Assembly: GCA_003344405.1 (NCBI GenBank)
Contig: NOWV01000231.1
Span: 62,001 to 102,602, forward strand
Source of the DNA: Trichoplax sp. H2
Lineage: Eukaryota
Direction: 5' to 3'
DNA length: 40,602 bases
Numbering within the stretch: position 1 is the first letter of the stretch; the number at the start of each line of letters is the position of its first letter. The notes under the pieces were generated by a model. That model was given only the letters and a program-made list of their open reading frames with translations. It did not search any database and was not told where the DNA came from. Shown here in pieces: positions 10,357-24,411 of the stretch. Both the position numbers and the translations under genes were made by a program.

Positions 10357-12666
10357 CTAATTTCTACCAGGTAAACGATTAATTTGACGTTCAATAACGA
10401 TAGTCCCACTAATAATGTCATATGCGGTTCTTCCATGCTTGAATAACATAATTGTTAAAATAACAGGAAAGAAAAACATGGTAGAAAAGTTCTTTATCAC
10501 AGACCTCATGATAGACCTATATTGAAAAAGCGATACGGTGTTAAGTTTGAGCGTGACATACAACTATGAGAGGACAATGAATTATAAGGAGATAGGGCTT
10601 TCATTATTCAGTAGTAATAACACATTGCTAAGACTAGAAGTATTCTTGGTTAAATGTTACCTAGTTCTATGTTAATGTAAACAGAATCAGTATACATATT
10701 CAAATTTAATTTATCAAACCTTTGCCAGTTTAAACTATCTCCTGGAAATACTTGTACGTATCCGTGATTGTTTCCTGTATTGCCATCATCGATAATAGCA
10801 TCACATGCAATTACCTGTATACCAACAATTAACTTCCCAATTGTCATACCGTTACCAACGCCTTTGTACAGGCAAATAGTCTTCAATGAAGAGTAATATT
10901 TACACGTCATATAATTTTAAAAACTTTCAAGTATATTAGGGCTATGCACAATTGTATCAGCCAATAAAGTTACGTGATTGATTAATGTTATATTAAGAGT
11001 AAGTAAACCCCACGATAACGCTTGTTAGAGAATAGAATTACGGCAAAGTTGCATTGCTACTGCTGCTTAGCTGTACACTGTAAGTCTATATGCCATAGAT
11101 ACAGTATAATAAAGACTGCATAATAATCCAGGTCGTACATATTGGAATAATCCAGCAGAAAATAACAATTATAACTCTTTATCGATACCATACAGTAGGT
11201 TAAAATACAGTAACTACGAGTCTGTGAGCACACAAGAGTCTAATCAAACCTAATACGTAACATAGCTGCTTATCCTATACATTAATTTATGTTAGCCTAT
11301 AGTAAATACCATTTAACAGTACAGTACATTGTAAAAGCTCTATTTGTTAAAGCTTCTCTAGAAGTAACCATTAGTAATAACTTAGCACTAACAGGGACTA
11401 CTAAAACACGTAATTTCTAGCATAACTATCCTAAAATATACAGTAGACATTTTATGTTACCTTACATACCTCAATAATGAAGACAAATATTCTATAAAAT
11501 ATCGCGTAAACGATAATCAATTGTAAATCTTCGGCGTTGTATCTATCTTCTATTAAAACACGCAATTGTGCTTGAGAGAATTTAGCTTCGATCCTGTTTA
11601 GACCCGAAAAATAAAGATACATTTAAAAAAAAGTAGTCTTTAAAGCTACAGTACAAGTATACAGTATAGTAACTATTCTGAGGATAGTGAAAAGAAATGA
11701 CTTTCTGAAATTGATTGGCAATACATCACTGAATGAATCTTAAAAATAGGTCGTATACAGTAGACGTTTGCAATATCAAATTATTGGACTGTATCTAATT
11801 TACTATCAACTACAATACAATAGCAATTGCAGCACTAGCTTTATAGCTTGAAGATAAGCAAGGTGATCAATGCTGACGAATAACCAATTTCATTGTGATT
11901 GATATTAGATACTAAAATCAAATCAGTTTGACAAAAGTAATTACTGAATTGTTTGGAATTATCAATATGAAAACTCACCCGTGATAAGACAATATCATGG
12001 TTTTAACTGTGAAGATTATGAGAAAGTCAATCATTTCAGCAAATACCCTTTTTGCAAGACTTGCAGGTTTAACTCCTATTCAATAAAAACAAGTATTCAA
12101 TCCAAGCTATTCGCTGTAAACATGCACTAAAATATTGATGTAGACGTGTAACAATTTTCTTCATGTACGAATATCTACATTAGATGTATATCGTTAACAG
12201 GTACACTGGTACAGTACAGTGCTCCATTAGATAAAATGCATGTAGTGACTAATGATTCAATCTACAAGTCAGTCTTTAGCTAAATGAGAGCAATTTCCAA
12301 ACCTTGCTGTCTATTGAGGAGACGAGTTGTGCGCCTGATGTGAGTTGACGAATTGGTATTGGTTGTACTTGGTGATTGATTGCTATTGGGCTGATTTCTG
12401 TTTATTTGGTTGTTTTTGTAATAATTATTATAATGTAATAATGCCATATAATGATTGTAGTAATAGTAGTAGTAGAAATAATATTGCCATATCCTAGTCA
12501 ACGTGTGGATATCGTTTTTATTTACACCGTGATTATGATCACCGCCATTATTCTTGGCTTCATTTTGATTGTCTGGCGTATCTTTTCCCCCTTGATCGTT
12601 CTCCTCCTTTTGGTTTCTTTGTTTTAAATCGTTATCGTTCTGACGGCTGCCAACGGATGTCGCCAT
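10357..12666 (-). CDS. FAM8A1: FAM8A1-like RDD-domain membrane protein (HRD1/ERAD partner)
   Basis: Exons 12666-12303, 12075-11979, 11593-11470, 10880-10720, 10516-10357 splice in frame. Motifs ASLAKRVFAEMIDFLIIFTVK, GMTIGKLIVGIQVIACD, RSVIKNFSTMFFFPV and GRTAYDIISGTIVI match the FAM8A1 RDD domain. Confidence 0.9.
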
Positions 12667-12838
12667 GATGCTAATTTGCGTAATAAATAATACTATTTCT
12701 CCCTTGTTTTTAGATTGTTATTAAATATAAGTCATAATCAAGCGGATTTTATAAGCCACAGTCGAGTTTCGCGTTAGTAATAATAATCTTCGCTCAACAA
12801 CTGTAAGACGTCCACTGGCACTTGTGACTTGTGACTAG

Positions 12839-12852
12839 GTTACCTGGGTAAT
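12839..12852. promoter_or_regulatory. X-box-like palindrome GTTACCTGGGTAAT upstream of FAM8A1
   Basis: One mismatch from GTTACC-NN-GGTAAC, about 175 bp 5' of the ATG. Confidence 0.35.
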
Positions 12853-12961
12853 ATACTGTAGACTCTTCCGTCCGTCCCATACACATGGTAGACTGTATCA
12901 CACACCCGGCAATATACAGAACACTACCGGCCATAACCTTGTCAAAATATCATTCCTGTAG

Positions 12962-13885
12962 AATTTCTATTAGGACTACAAATGTCAAGCGGAGAAGAGA
13001 TTTTTCTCTGATCTCTATAAATGACGAATAACCCAGCGTATATATTGAATAAAATATTCCATATTTTGCCTAAAAAATCTATAGTGAGATACTAACGTTG
13101 GCCTACTGTGTACTCAGTGTGCAGTACTGTGCAGTCACGGCAGTGTACGTCTATACTGCAATATAGTACGCGTCAAAATGGGATTCCTTCACAATTTCGA
13201 TTAGGACTACAAATGCCAAGTGGAGAAGAGATTTTCCTCTGACCTCTATACATTACGAATAACTACCTACATACTGAATAAAATGTTTTATATTTTACCG
13301 TAAAAATCGACAGCGTTGGCCCATTGTAGACTTAGTGTGCAGTCACTGCAGAATACCACTATACTGTAATATACTGTAGTATGCGTCAAAATGGAATTCC
13401 TTCACAATTTCTATTAGGACTAGAAATGTCAAGAGGAGAAGAGATTTTCTTCTGATCTCTATACATTACGAATAACTTTACCTACATATTATAAATAAAA
13501 TATTTCTATGTTAAAAATCTATAGTGAAATATTTACGTTGGCCTATTATGGACTCAGTCTGCAGTCATTGCAGTGTATAATATAGTACGCGTCGAAATGT
13601 GATTTTTCACAATTTCTATTAGAACTAGAAATATCAAAGATCTTGCCTTAGTCTCTATAATTACGAATAGCCCTACATACATATTGAATAAAATATTCTA
13701 TATTTTGTCTTAAAAACCTATAGCGAAATACAAACGTTGGCCCACTGGACTCAGCGTGCAGTCATTGTAGTATACTGTACACTAGTATAATACTCTTATA
13801 GTACGCGTCAAAATGGGATTTCTTCACAATTTCTATTAGGGCTAGAAAAAGGCAAAGCAGAGAAGAGATTTCACCTAATCTCTAT
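12962..13885. repeat. Satellite-like tandem array, unit about 205-230 bp, 4 full copies plus a partial fifth
   Basis: AATTTCTATTAGGACTACAAATGTCAAG-like starts at about 12962, 13193, 13406, 13611 and 13828. Shared blocks include GAGAAGAGATTT, TGAATAAAATATT, CGTTGGCC, TGCAGTCA and TAGTACGCGTCAAAATGGGATT. Confidence 0.93.
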
Positions 13886-14703
13886 GTCTACTGTAGTATG
13901 AGCAAGCAGCAAAGAGCAGTATAGTGGTCATGATACAATATGGAAAGACTCTAGTACAGTATAGAAAGCTTTTAGACTTGACTACTATGTGATACTAGCT
14001 AGAATAATATTTAGAGCTAGTTTAATTAAAGAATCGACTAATTTAGATCAGATAGTGCGTACTGATAGTGAGTAAAACACAAATAAATATTTCAATTAAT
14101 TAATAACAATAATCAGAATCTTATTCGCACGCCATAGTGTGCGAATTCAGCAAGTAGTATAATAAAATGAGTAATATAGATAGTAGTAACATCTTAAGGG
14201 TAGAATACTATAAACTGATGATAAGGGTATCTAGTTCAAAAAAACTGATAGATGAGTCGTACATGCAAATCGACCCCAAATTAAAAAATTGCATTCATCA
14301 CTCTCGATATAGAATTGCAAGTATATTTCTATTTTATTCCATTTTAAGTTCCATTGGACTATTATAAAGTGATACGAAGTTGCTTAATAAATTCAATTCA
14401 ATTAATCCCTTCACAAATTTTTGTTTTTCCCAAACAGGAATCGTGTTCTCAAGAATGGATCATTTACGTGAAATCCATTGCTAATAAGATCTACGTACAT
14501 TAGCGAATCCAACAAAGACAGTCTTCATTTACATTATACCAGCACATACAGCTAATTAAGGATAAAACTGCAATCATCGCAGAAATCGTCGAATATCTTG
14601 TTACAGTAGGAAAGATCATGAATCAGCTTAATCAATCAGAATAGAATTATCGTACGAGAAATATAAATGATCCATTCAAACTGCTAAATTGACCCAGGAT
14701 CAT

Positions 14704-17700
14704 CTAGTAATAGCTATCGTTTAAATTAGATTGCGATTTATTATAGAGGGGCGTATGACATAACGGGCAATTTTGTAAGCGAATAATTTCCTGCTCAAAA
14801 GCCTTATGCTTACAAACGTTACACATCCAGAAATGATAACTCATTACTGGCCGACCTGTGACAATGCAAATTGGAAAATTGTTCTCACAGTTCGGACAAA
14901 CTGGTAAGTAATCTGGGATAAGAGTCTCGCAATGGGAACATTCCGCCTTATTATTTCGGATATCTTTGGGTGGATGCCTGAAATAAGCAATTACAATCGG
15001 CGGATGAATATAAATTAGATCTTCGTAGAAATACTAACTTAGAGTACTTAATCTACGATATACAAGGGAGTAACGCAAGGGATAACCATTCTAGTCTTGA
15101 CTAACCTGCTAAAGATATCTAATGCAAGATCTTCATAACTCTGCCTCTGACTATCAGTAAAACTTTCCATACTCTCTAACTTTATAAAGGCCTATAATAA
15201 AATCAATGCAATCGTTATAGTATTTCTTTCTGATCATGGAACATAATGTATCAATTAATTACATTTTACTATAATGCTCGTGTAATAATGCTGTAGCAAA
15301 CCTTGGATGCTATTCCGTAGCATTTATTAGAAATGCTAGCCAAGACCAAAAGCGAATAAACTCTCTCGGAGTCAATGAAGTCTTCAAAATCGCGTAAGTG
15401 TAAAGCCTAGAGGTAATCAATCTACTGTTACATAGCAAATATCTAATGATATGATAATGATTAAGTGGAAAAATCTTCAATAGCAAATTGAGGTCAAAAC
15501 TTATCGTTACCGTTTTCATTGCTGCATCAAATTGGCCATCATAGAGTTGTCTCTGAGCCAATAAATAGAAGTGGAATGCCTACGGAAATTATGATAAAAA
15601 TTTCATGACTTGGCCTATCCAAGCATCTATAGCTCATAGGTATGAGTGTTACTAATCTTCTCTGTAATTAAAATAAGATAGTAATGATATTCTATTCCGG
15701 CTTTTATAATTATACAAATTATTGTAGGCCTTATTACCGTCTACATACAGTACTTTGACAAAATGTCCTTAAACATCTCTTGTTTTATAACAGGTCAATT
15801 TTAACTAATCATACATTACTATTAATAAGCAAGTTTCTGCGAAATAATCTTGTAAAAATCACTACAAATAGGTAACATCATTCCGTGAAATAACCATTGA
15901 TTTCATAATATTACCTCAGCTCCACGCCATGCATTGTCCATTGTCTTGGTATCTCCATCCATGCTATCTCCATCTACAAAAAGGCTGGTCAGAGTTGCAG
16001 TTGTCTACCAGATATTATAGCATGCAGTTAGATATACTATTAAAGAAGTAATAAAGTAATTGATAATTGGCAATCTAAAATTTACATTGTCTTGTCCAGA
16101 TGTTCCTTGCACACGTTGTTTCATATAAGAAACATGATTCTCCACCTAAAGAATTTTAATTCAAGCAATTTCTAATTAAGAATTATTTGAAATAAACTTC
16201 AATGAATTATTATATTTCACTTGAAGTACCGTAATACATAGTATAGTCTTATAATATAAGGTAGATATCATACCATCAATGCGGCTAATACGTATAATTT
16301 CTTAGTTCGCATTGGTTTATTGCCAACTGCAGCACTTTCTTTAGCCAACTGTCGAAATTAAATTAAGCAATGATAGTAAATTAATTTTTAGTGTTCATAA
16401 TATTTGGCTGGAGTTATTTTAATTTAATATCATCACAAGAATTTTTCAGGTCAAATTTTTTCCCACAATATCGCATATGTATAGTACCTGGTATAACAAT
16501 TTAGCAGCTTGGACGTGGCGACTTGCTTTACGATATAATTCGATGGCATTTAATACTTTGCTCTTTTCAAGCAAGTGAGAAGCATACTTTGCTAATAAAT
16601 TATCAATTTCCTTCATATTATTGGCACGAGCTAAATTAACCGCTTGATCCCATTGATTTAAATTTACGCATGTATCAATTGCCATCTTTATTTTACCACA
16701 CTAAAATGGAGTTAACAAACATCACTTAATATGGATTTAATCAATTTTATTTATTAAAAATACAATATATACCTTCATGTAAGATCGAACAGCTGGTTCA
16801 CACATCCCAACGGTGAAAAACATATTCCCTATTTCCTGTAAGGAATAGACAATTCTTAATTATAACAAACAACATTATAGATAGATTGAATAAAATACAT
16901 TAATGAAAATTTAATGCCATTAACTTGTAATACTAATAGAAGAGTATCCTAGAATTACTTACAGCTAGTAGAGGATGATTTTCAGGTACAGAATTCATTA
17001 AATTATCTAAACCTTCAAAATCTTCTAACATGTAGTAACATTCCGCTAAACGATTCTGATTATGTCCCACTACATATTGTCGAATTGCATCGCGCCTGAT
17101 ATCAATTAAGCCCAACACCAATGAAAAGAACATAACAATTTTAGATTAAAAGACCAATCGAATAAATATAGCTGATAATTGAATGAATGCTATGTTATGA
17201 GTATATTTATATTTGAATTCTAGTGAAATTTTTTCAACAAAGTAGTACAAATATTATCATTGTTAATTTCATTATATAGTACAAGGTTTAACGATCTGTT
17301 ACAAGTATAAGGTATCATATACGAGTACATCATAAAAATTTATCTACAAGCAAGGTAATATGAAACTAATATCATTTGCATTTATACTTATCGAAAAAAT
17401 ATTTATGATAAAAATCTTTACAAGTGCTTAGAAGATCTATTCTAAACCTTATTTATAGTACTAACCAACGATGCCGATCTGCATAGTAATCGCCGATTGC
17501 GTTATGTGATTGCCTCACCAAATTATCATCACCTCCACCCCCTTCGGTTTTAAGTAATTGAGATACACGGAACCAGTCACCAAGTTTAACACGCATATCG
17601 ATAGCAAGGTCTCTGTATTAAAGCAATTATATGATAAAATCTTCAATAAATTCACAAAACTGTAAGAAATCTATTAGGTATCAGTATTTAAAAAATCAAA

Positions 17701-20700
17701 GAAAGACTATAATTACTTATTTGATGCTAGATAATTAAAAGTTAATTTAGTGCATTAGACGATACCTTCTATCCATATCAAAATAGTAACTTTCTGCTTC
17801 ATCAAATCTTTTAAAGTAAGCAGAAATTTCGGCTAACTTCTTTTTTTCACTCTAAAATATGGGAAAATACTAGGTCATATTTCATTTTTAAGTAATGGCG
17901 CTTCATGATTATGACAGATTAGCCTATCATTATCCAGAGATAGGACATATACGCGTATGCTACTACAGGAACCACTATGGAAATAAAATTAAAGATTTAT
18001 CTTTCAGCTAACAACTTACGTCCAATTTATGCAAACTCTTCACAAACTGAATACCCTGATAATCCAAGTATCTTACAAATGCCTTTTCAGCAATTTTTAA
18101 ATCCAAATTGCTAAGGGAATACTCAGCTAAGAGTCTCCATAATCGAGGATGAGGATTTTCTTCAATAAATTGATAGGAATCGCCTATACCAACTTCACTT
18201 TGTGCAAGAAGCTCTCGAGTATCACGTAAAGACTAAAACAAATACAATTTAGTATATTAGCTGCACTGTAGATGAAATAGGGCAAAATCCACTAATTTGT
18301 ATAATTGTACTGTAACTAGCACAACATATAATTTTATATGATGATAACGTGCTATTTTGATATAGAATGCAAAAAACTTGTATACTTCAAATTTATTAGG
18401 ATTTTGCCGCATTTTACGCAGTATTAACTTACTCGTGTTTCAATATCCAAAATTAAGTTATTAGTCGGATTGTCAGGATCCTAAATATAAATTATGCAAA
18501 TTATCCACTTTAATTATCATAGTTGTAAATTTGCGCTATTTAAATAGTCTAAATAATTTCAATACAATCTTTTGACCATGAGAAATCCATACCTTAAATA
18601 CTTCATCAAGTAAAACGGATCGAACTTCCAAATCGTTGAATTTACAAATGTAACCAGAACTTGTAATCGGTTCCTTTATTTGTAATAAAAGTGTAAGCTT
18701 ATCACAAAACATCGATAAAATATTTTTGTAAAATTGAATTTTAACTTATTTATATTAGGTTAGATTATGTCGAAAATTCTAAGTCTTGCAATTAAAAATC
18801 TATTGATAAATATAACTATTTCCCCGGAAGTACGTTACTCGCAGCTAGTAATGATATTAATGAGCTATAATCACTATTGTTTTGGTAACAATACCTCTGG
18901 ATCCATATTGCGAAAAATATACATTCTTGTCTTCTCTGTCATAGCGAATAGGTCAGGTCGATCCTATTAGTTAAGAATATTATTTAGAATCCTGCGAAAT
19001 AAATAAGGCATGAAAAAGTATACAAGCAATATTCTTTATCGATAGAATCTCTTATGAAAATTAATATTTTGCCTACTTCGGCCCATTTCATATCCCAAAC
19101 ATCTTTCCTTTCAAAGGAGAGTTGTTCTCCTTTTTCGCCACCAGATGATACAATATCCTAAGCGTAACCATTTAAATAAAATGTAAATATTTAGGTAATT
19201 TTTAAGATTGCTTTCATTCCGCTTGAAATTCCATTTATAACAACTTACCAAATCAAAGAATGATAAGATACCAGAAATATCAATAAATGCTAATCGCGTT
19301 GAGTTACAGTTCAACGATAGTCTATATGGTCGACATTTTAACATATTTTTCATTTCTAGTGCAAGATGTGGTAGTGAATAGCGATGAATTGTGCCAGACT
19401 CGCGTCCCTAAAATATTTAATTAATGAGAGAGATAATTATAGTCTCTAGTTTTATTTAAAATATTCCCAAAAGGATAGAAGTTAGAGTCAGTTAGTATCT
19501 TAGTCCTATAAGACAAAGGATATGCAATTTGCTATAGCTTGCTTACCACAATCAACAATTCACTAGAAGCGCATATACAGCAAATAGGATCTTTAGTTTT
19601 CTGTAATGACCAAAATGTAAATCGATTATGATCCTACCTCCCTCAATTTATTTAAAATTTATACCCATATAAATTTCTATCAAATTGAAATTAGCGTAAA
19701 TATAGCTATAATTGCAAATACAGATAGCATCAAGTGCTGCCATTTATTTGTTATACTACCTCACGAGCTCTCTTGCTATCCGACTGCCGCTCTCCAGTAC
19801 CAGATGGAACATCGTCAATGTGATAGAGTCTTCGGTACACATGATATAATGGTAATACGACATAATTTAGAAAAATCGTAGAGGGTAATGCATATTAACT
19901 TCTTAATTCAATTGCTAGGAACATATTCTTCATAACAGTAGTTAAGTAAGAGTAGGTTTGGTTTGTCATTTTACCTTTCTCTATTATCTTTTCGCTTATT
20001 ACTTGTACCAGCTAAATCAAGCGACGTTAACTTTTTAGGCGTTTTAAATTGCCAGGAGTAAAAAGCTTCTTTTGATGCAACAATGATATGAGTATCTGTT
20101 ATAGCTGCGTATTCGGGCTCTGTAGAGCGTAGGACAATCGCAAGGTGAGACAATTTTTTGACCATTAATGCAAACTTTCAGGTATGTAAGTATGCCTATG
20201 TTCGGTTGTATTGTGACTAATTATATATATAAAAAGGCTCTAGCAGGAACTCTTAAGACAATTTTGTCTTAGGGGTCCCTGGCTATAGACCGGTATTACG
20301 ACGTGACTTGTAAAAAGCTTGGAGTGACCGAACATGTAACAGTGACTGATAGTTTGTATTAGAAACTTGAAAGAAATACAAATTATTCTATACTGCGATA
20401 AAAAGTAATAAAAATATCAAGAGCCAATTGCTCAAGGTTGTACTGATCTATCTGCATGGAATTTGAGCCACATTTAAAGTACATTTCTTCATAATTTAAA
20501 GAATAATTTAAGGCAACACTATAGCTGAACATCTTTCAACCATTTTAGAGGACTCGCCACGCCCTGTAATAGTGGTCTATACTACAAGGTCATATAGCTG
20601 ATCAGAAGAATTTTCTCGGTAGTTAAGTTTTGTCATTAAAATAATTGCATTAGTACTGCTGTATTAATTGAATAGTAAGGTAATATACGTATACCGTAAT

Positions 20701-23700
20701 AAACGTAGTAGCAAAGTCAATATACAATTAAAAAAGCTCATAACAGATTGGCATAAAATTAATATAATCTTAAATTATCTGGTTGGAACATTGCATAAAA
20801 ATTAATTCTCTGATATTTTTTTTACGTATGCTAAAACATAAACTGCTATTTTATCTGTGTTTACAGTTAAACTTACTAATATCGATGTATTTAGTTTCTA
20901 GCGGCGTGCCAATAGCATTACTTAAAATTAAAACGTACTAAATCAAGTACAAAATGTCATAGTATTATTGAAAGATGAATTTTAGTAGAAATTACATAAA
21001 AATGAATTAAAAGATACCTGACCACTACCATCCGGTGCTTTAGTGCTTATTAGACAGTAATCACCATATGCAGTTATACCCAAGAGATTTTTTATATATT
21101 TGACAATGCACTATTGAAAATCAAATGGAATGTGAAGATTAGAAATTGCGAAAACATCAATTTGAGGATACAAAAATAATTCTTATAATATTGAATATAC
21201 ATGATCGTATTAGAGAATTACCGTACCTATCTTGATGATTTAGATAGAAATGACTTACCTCCTTATTTTTAGTTTCCCAGAAAACAACACTAGAATCTTG
21301 TCGATCGGGTTTATTGAAGGCATATACTACCGTATTACCACAATAACCCCACTGGAAATATAATACAAGAAATATGTAATAAATATTTATACACTTAATA
21401 TTAATCAAATAGCTTAATAGACAGTGTATTAGCAAATGAACCTTATAATCAGGCCGAATGTTAGCGAAATAAATATAGCTGTCAATAGCTAATGACAGTC
21501 TTAAGCCATCACCATCCCAAGATAAATCGGCTAATTTCTTCCCTGGTATTCGTAATGTTCTCAAGTGCTATATTCAAATTAAATATTTATCCATTTAAAA
21601 CACTTTTTCATCCAATTAATACGTATTAATTGAAATAAATTATATAAATTATTACATCTCCAAATGGGGTATAAAATAGTACAACATTTGTTTCCTTTTC
21701 CTGCATTAATATAAGAAAATAGTCAAAGTTAGCCATCTAAAAGACATTATTGGTATAAACAGAGCCAGGGAAGAACTTTTAGTCTAATAAACGAAAGTTT
21801 ATATTTCTATAAGGTACCTGATTTTGTTGCAAACCACCTACAGCAAGAACAGAGCCAGTATGATTCCACTGAACAGTGGAGATAGACAAGCCAGTATCAA
21901 TGATAATCGGATCTTAGTTTAAAAATTTAAACGCATTGTTTTTATTGATTCCTGGTAATTAGGTTAAAAATTTTATATAGTCTTTAAATTTTTGTATATA
22001 CTTTCATCCGTTTCCGATTTCATTAGTTGCATCTTTCCATTATCATAACATGCAACAAGAGAATGACATTCTTGCTCTATATATCCTTCGGAACCATTAT
22101 ACCTAATTTTCCATATTAATTTTCGATAAATAGTATTTATCCAACAGTAAGATCATTAAAAATTTCACCAAAAATATTTTGATGTTGTAACTTATTACCA
22201 ATTAAGACCAGCTATAACGCAAGAAGTATCCGAGCAGCAGTAATTAACTAGTTTAGACTAAGCAAGGAAAAAGTATATGTGTTAACATACTAAGCATATA
22301 TAGTGGAAAGATCCTTAATTAAGATATTATATGGAATGTATCATACTGTAAAATTTCCATTGTTGTCATAAATATGGATCTCTCCATTAACTAAGCCAAA
22401 TAAAATGCTTTTTCCATCAGGTGACCACTAAAAAATCCAAGATTTATTCGGTTATAAACTGTAGACAAATTTGTAACGAATGTAAAATCTTACGCTAATA
22501 TATGATCATGAAAAGATATAAAGATTCTATATCATAAGACTAAAATGAATTTTCTATAACTATGAACACTTTACTTCGCACCTCAACCCATGAAAGCTGG
22601 ATTTTTAGCTCTTTTCCCCAAATTCTGTTACCGTCAACTGAACCTACAATGACAGCACCTGTAAAATAATAAATATGTGAGATAACTATGTAATCATTGT
22701 TATATTTTAATTCTGTAATTCTCAATTAGAGGCAAGTTAAAACTTAATCTTACCATCTTCGTATATAATACAGATTTTCCCTCCATCGAAATTCCACTTC
22801 ATGTCTTTAACAACACTTTTATTGCGATTGTTAACCATTTCTTCATACCACTGGCCTGTAGATAGTTATTGAGTTATAATTTGTATAAATTTGTCTTAGC
22901 ATGATAAAAAAATTATGTAAATGAAAGAAACTGTAATCTTGTGATTTCCAAGAATAATATAGATTTTAGATGTAATACTGAAATATAAAGTTATCGCTTC
23001 AACCTTTGTATAGTGTCCAAACAATAATTAACCCAAATTGATCGCTACTTGTCAGCTTCATATGTTCCATATTCCATACTACTACTTCTACTGAACCTGA
23101 GAAGCGAAAAATTTACGTGAAGAATGTTTCACTTTTCAAGATACATATGTATACTGTATTAGTACTAGACAACATATCCAATTATAATAGTATTCTGTAT
23201 TAGCTTTATTAACCTCCATGGCCTTCAAGTGTTTGATTCATGGACAAATTACTTGGTGCAGCTAATCCCTTAACTTTGTTATCTATTACGATAGAATTAA
23301 AAATTATGTACGAAATAACTTTCGACTTACGGTATAATACGAATAAGAGAATGGTGAGAAGCAAAAAAGAATGAAATCTTAATAAAATGTTATACGTTTG
23401 ATCATTACCGGACTGTATATCCAATTTAAGGACCTTGAGTAATCCATCTTCGCCTCCACACGCAATGTATCCTTGTTCATGATTCCAGGATAAGCATCGC
23501 AGATTTGTGTTGTTTGGAATGGCAATCTGCAATTAAATAGCATGAATATAAGCCAGTTCCTTAAGTAGCGCTTGAACTAGCGATTAATCGTGATATACTC
23601 TTAAATGTAAAATTGAGAGATCATATCTAACATAAACATAAGATTATCCATAACTCTATACATCTTCGCTCTATTTTTTCTCTAAAACAACTTATATAAG

Positions 23701-23735
23701 TTTACACTTACTTTTTTGCTTAAATAGATAAACAT
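14704..23735 (-). CDS. WDR35: WD repeat protein 35 / IFT121 (intraflagellar transport complex A)
   Basis: About 36 GT-AG exons, from 23735-23712 (MFIYLSKK) and 23526-23409 ([35 protein letters not shown]) to the last exon 14977-14704 (C-terminal Cys motifs ending [25 protein letters not shown], stop TAG at 14706-14704). Internal motifs include [67 protein letters not shown] and [15 protein letters not shown]. Confidence 0.96.
20241..20285. other. Hairpin in a long WDR35 intron
   Basis: CAGGAACTCT-TAAGACAA-TT-TTGTCTTA-GGGGTCCCTG: perfect 8-bp core extended by 10 positions with two G-U pairs and one mismatch on the + strand. Confidence 0.55.
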
Positions 23736-24411
23736 CTTATTGCCAATAGGGGATTCTCATAAGATTCAATAAAACGTTTAATAATTTTAAGAATATTTTA
23801 AAATACACTAGAACTCAGCCTATTTGATTGATCGATTGTATCTCTTGTAATTAATTTGCTATATAGTAAAATCGTTCAATGCTTTGGGTTTTGATGCAAG
23901 TACTCGAGCATATACTATACGTTATAGTGCGTTAATGAAATCTTCGATGAAATCCTTTTTAATACTATAGAATATGTTGAAGGCGGACGATGGTTTTAGT
24001 TCATGTTCGGTTTCCATATCAACCGGTAATGATAATGGTGCGCATGCTTAACATTTCAGATATATTAGTCTACCAATAGGTCTAGAGCTAGGAGGCAGAG
24101 AAATACTAGTATTCGCAGGTATTGTATTATACACTAGATAGCAAGTTGCGCACTAGTAGCGTACGGTACCTTACCAGCCAACCATTCAACCTGAGCTGCT
24201 ATCTGCAAAGCCTTGCAACCTGCAGAATAATCTTGGTATCATTTCTTCCGTTTTTGTTCATATCTAAGTACAGTAGATGGATTAATATTATCCAAAACAT
24301 TTAAAGCAGTGAGAAATATTTAATTGCTATACAAGGTGCATACCTACATATGCTGTATATACTTGCTGTAATCATTGACAGCTTATTAGGGCATAATTTC
24401 TCTGCTAAAGC
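23736..24411. promoter_or_regulatory. Bidirectional promoter region WDR35/PDCD2L with an X-box (24010-24023 GTTTCCATATCAAC) and an NRF1-like TGCGCATGC (24039-24047)
   Basis: Head-to-head ATGs lie 676 bp apart. The X-box has one perfect half-site and an AT spacer. IFT genes are classic RFX targets. Confidence 0.55.

Noticed and set aside
12962..13885. CRISPR array or tandem tRNA/snRNA genes
   Set aside because: Whole units are homologous and AT-rich. I saw no cloverleaf, A/B boxes or recognisable snRNA motif.
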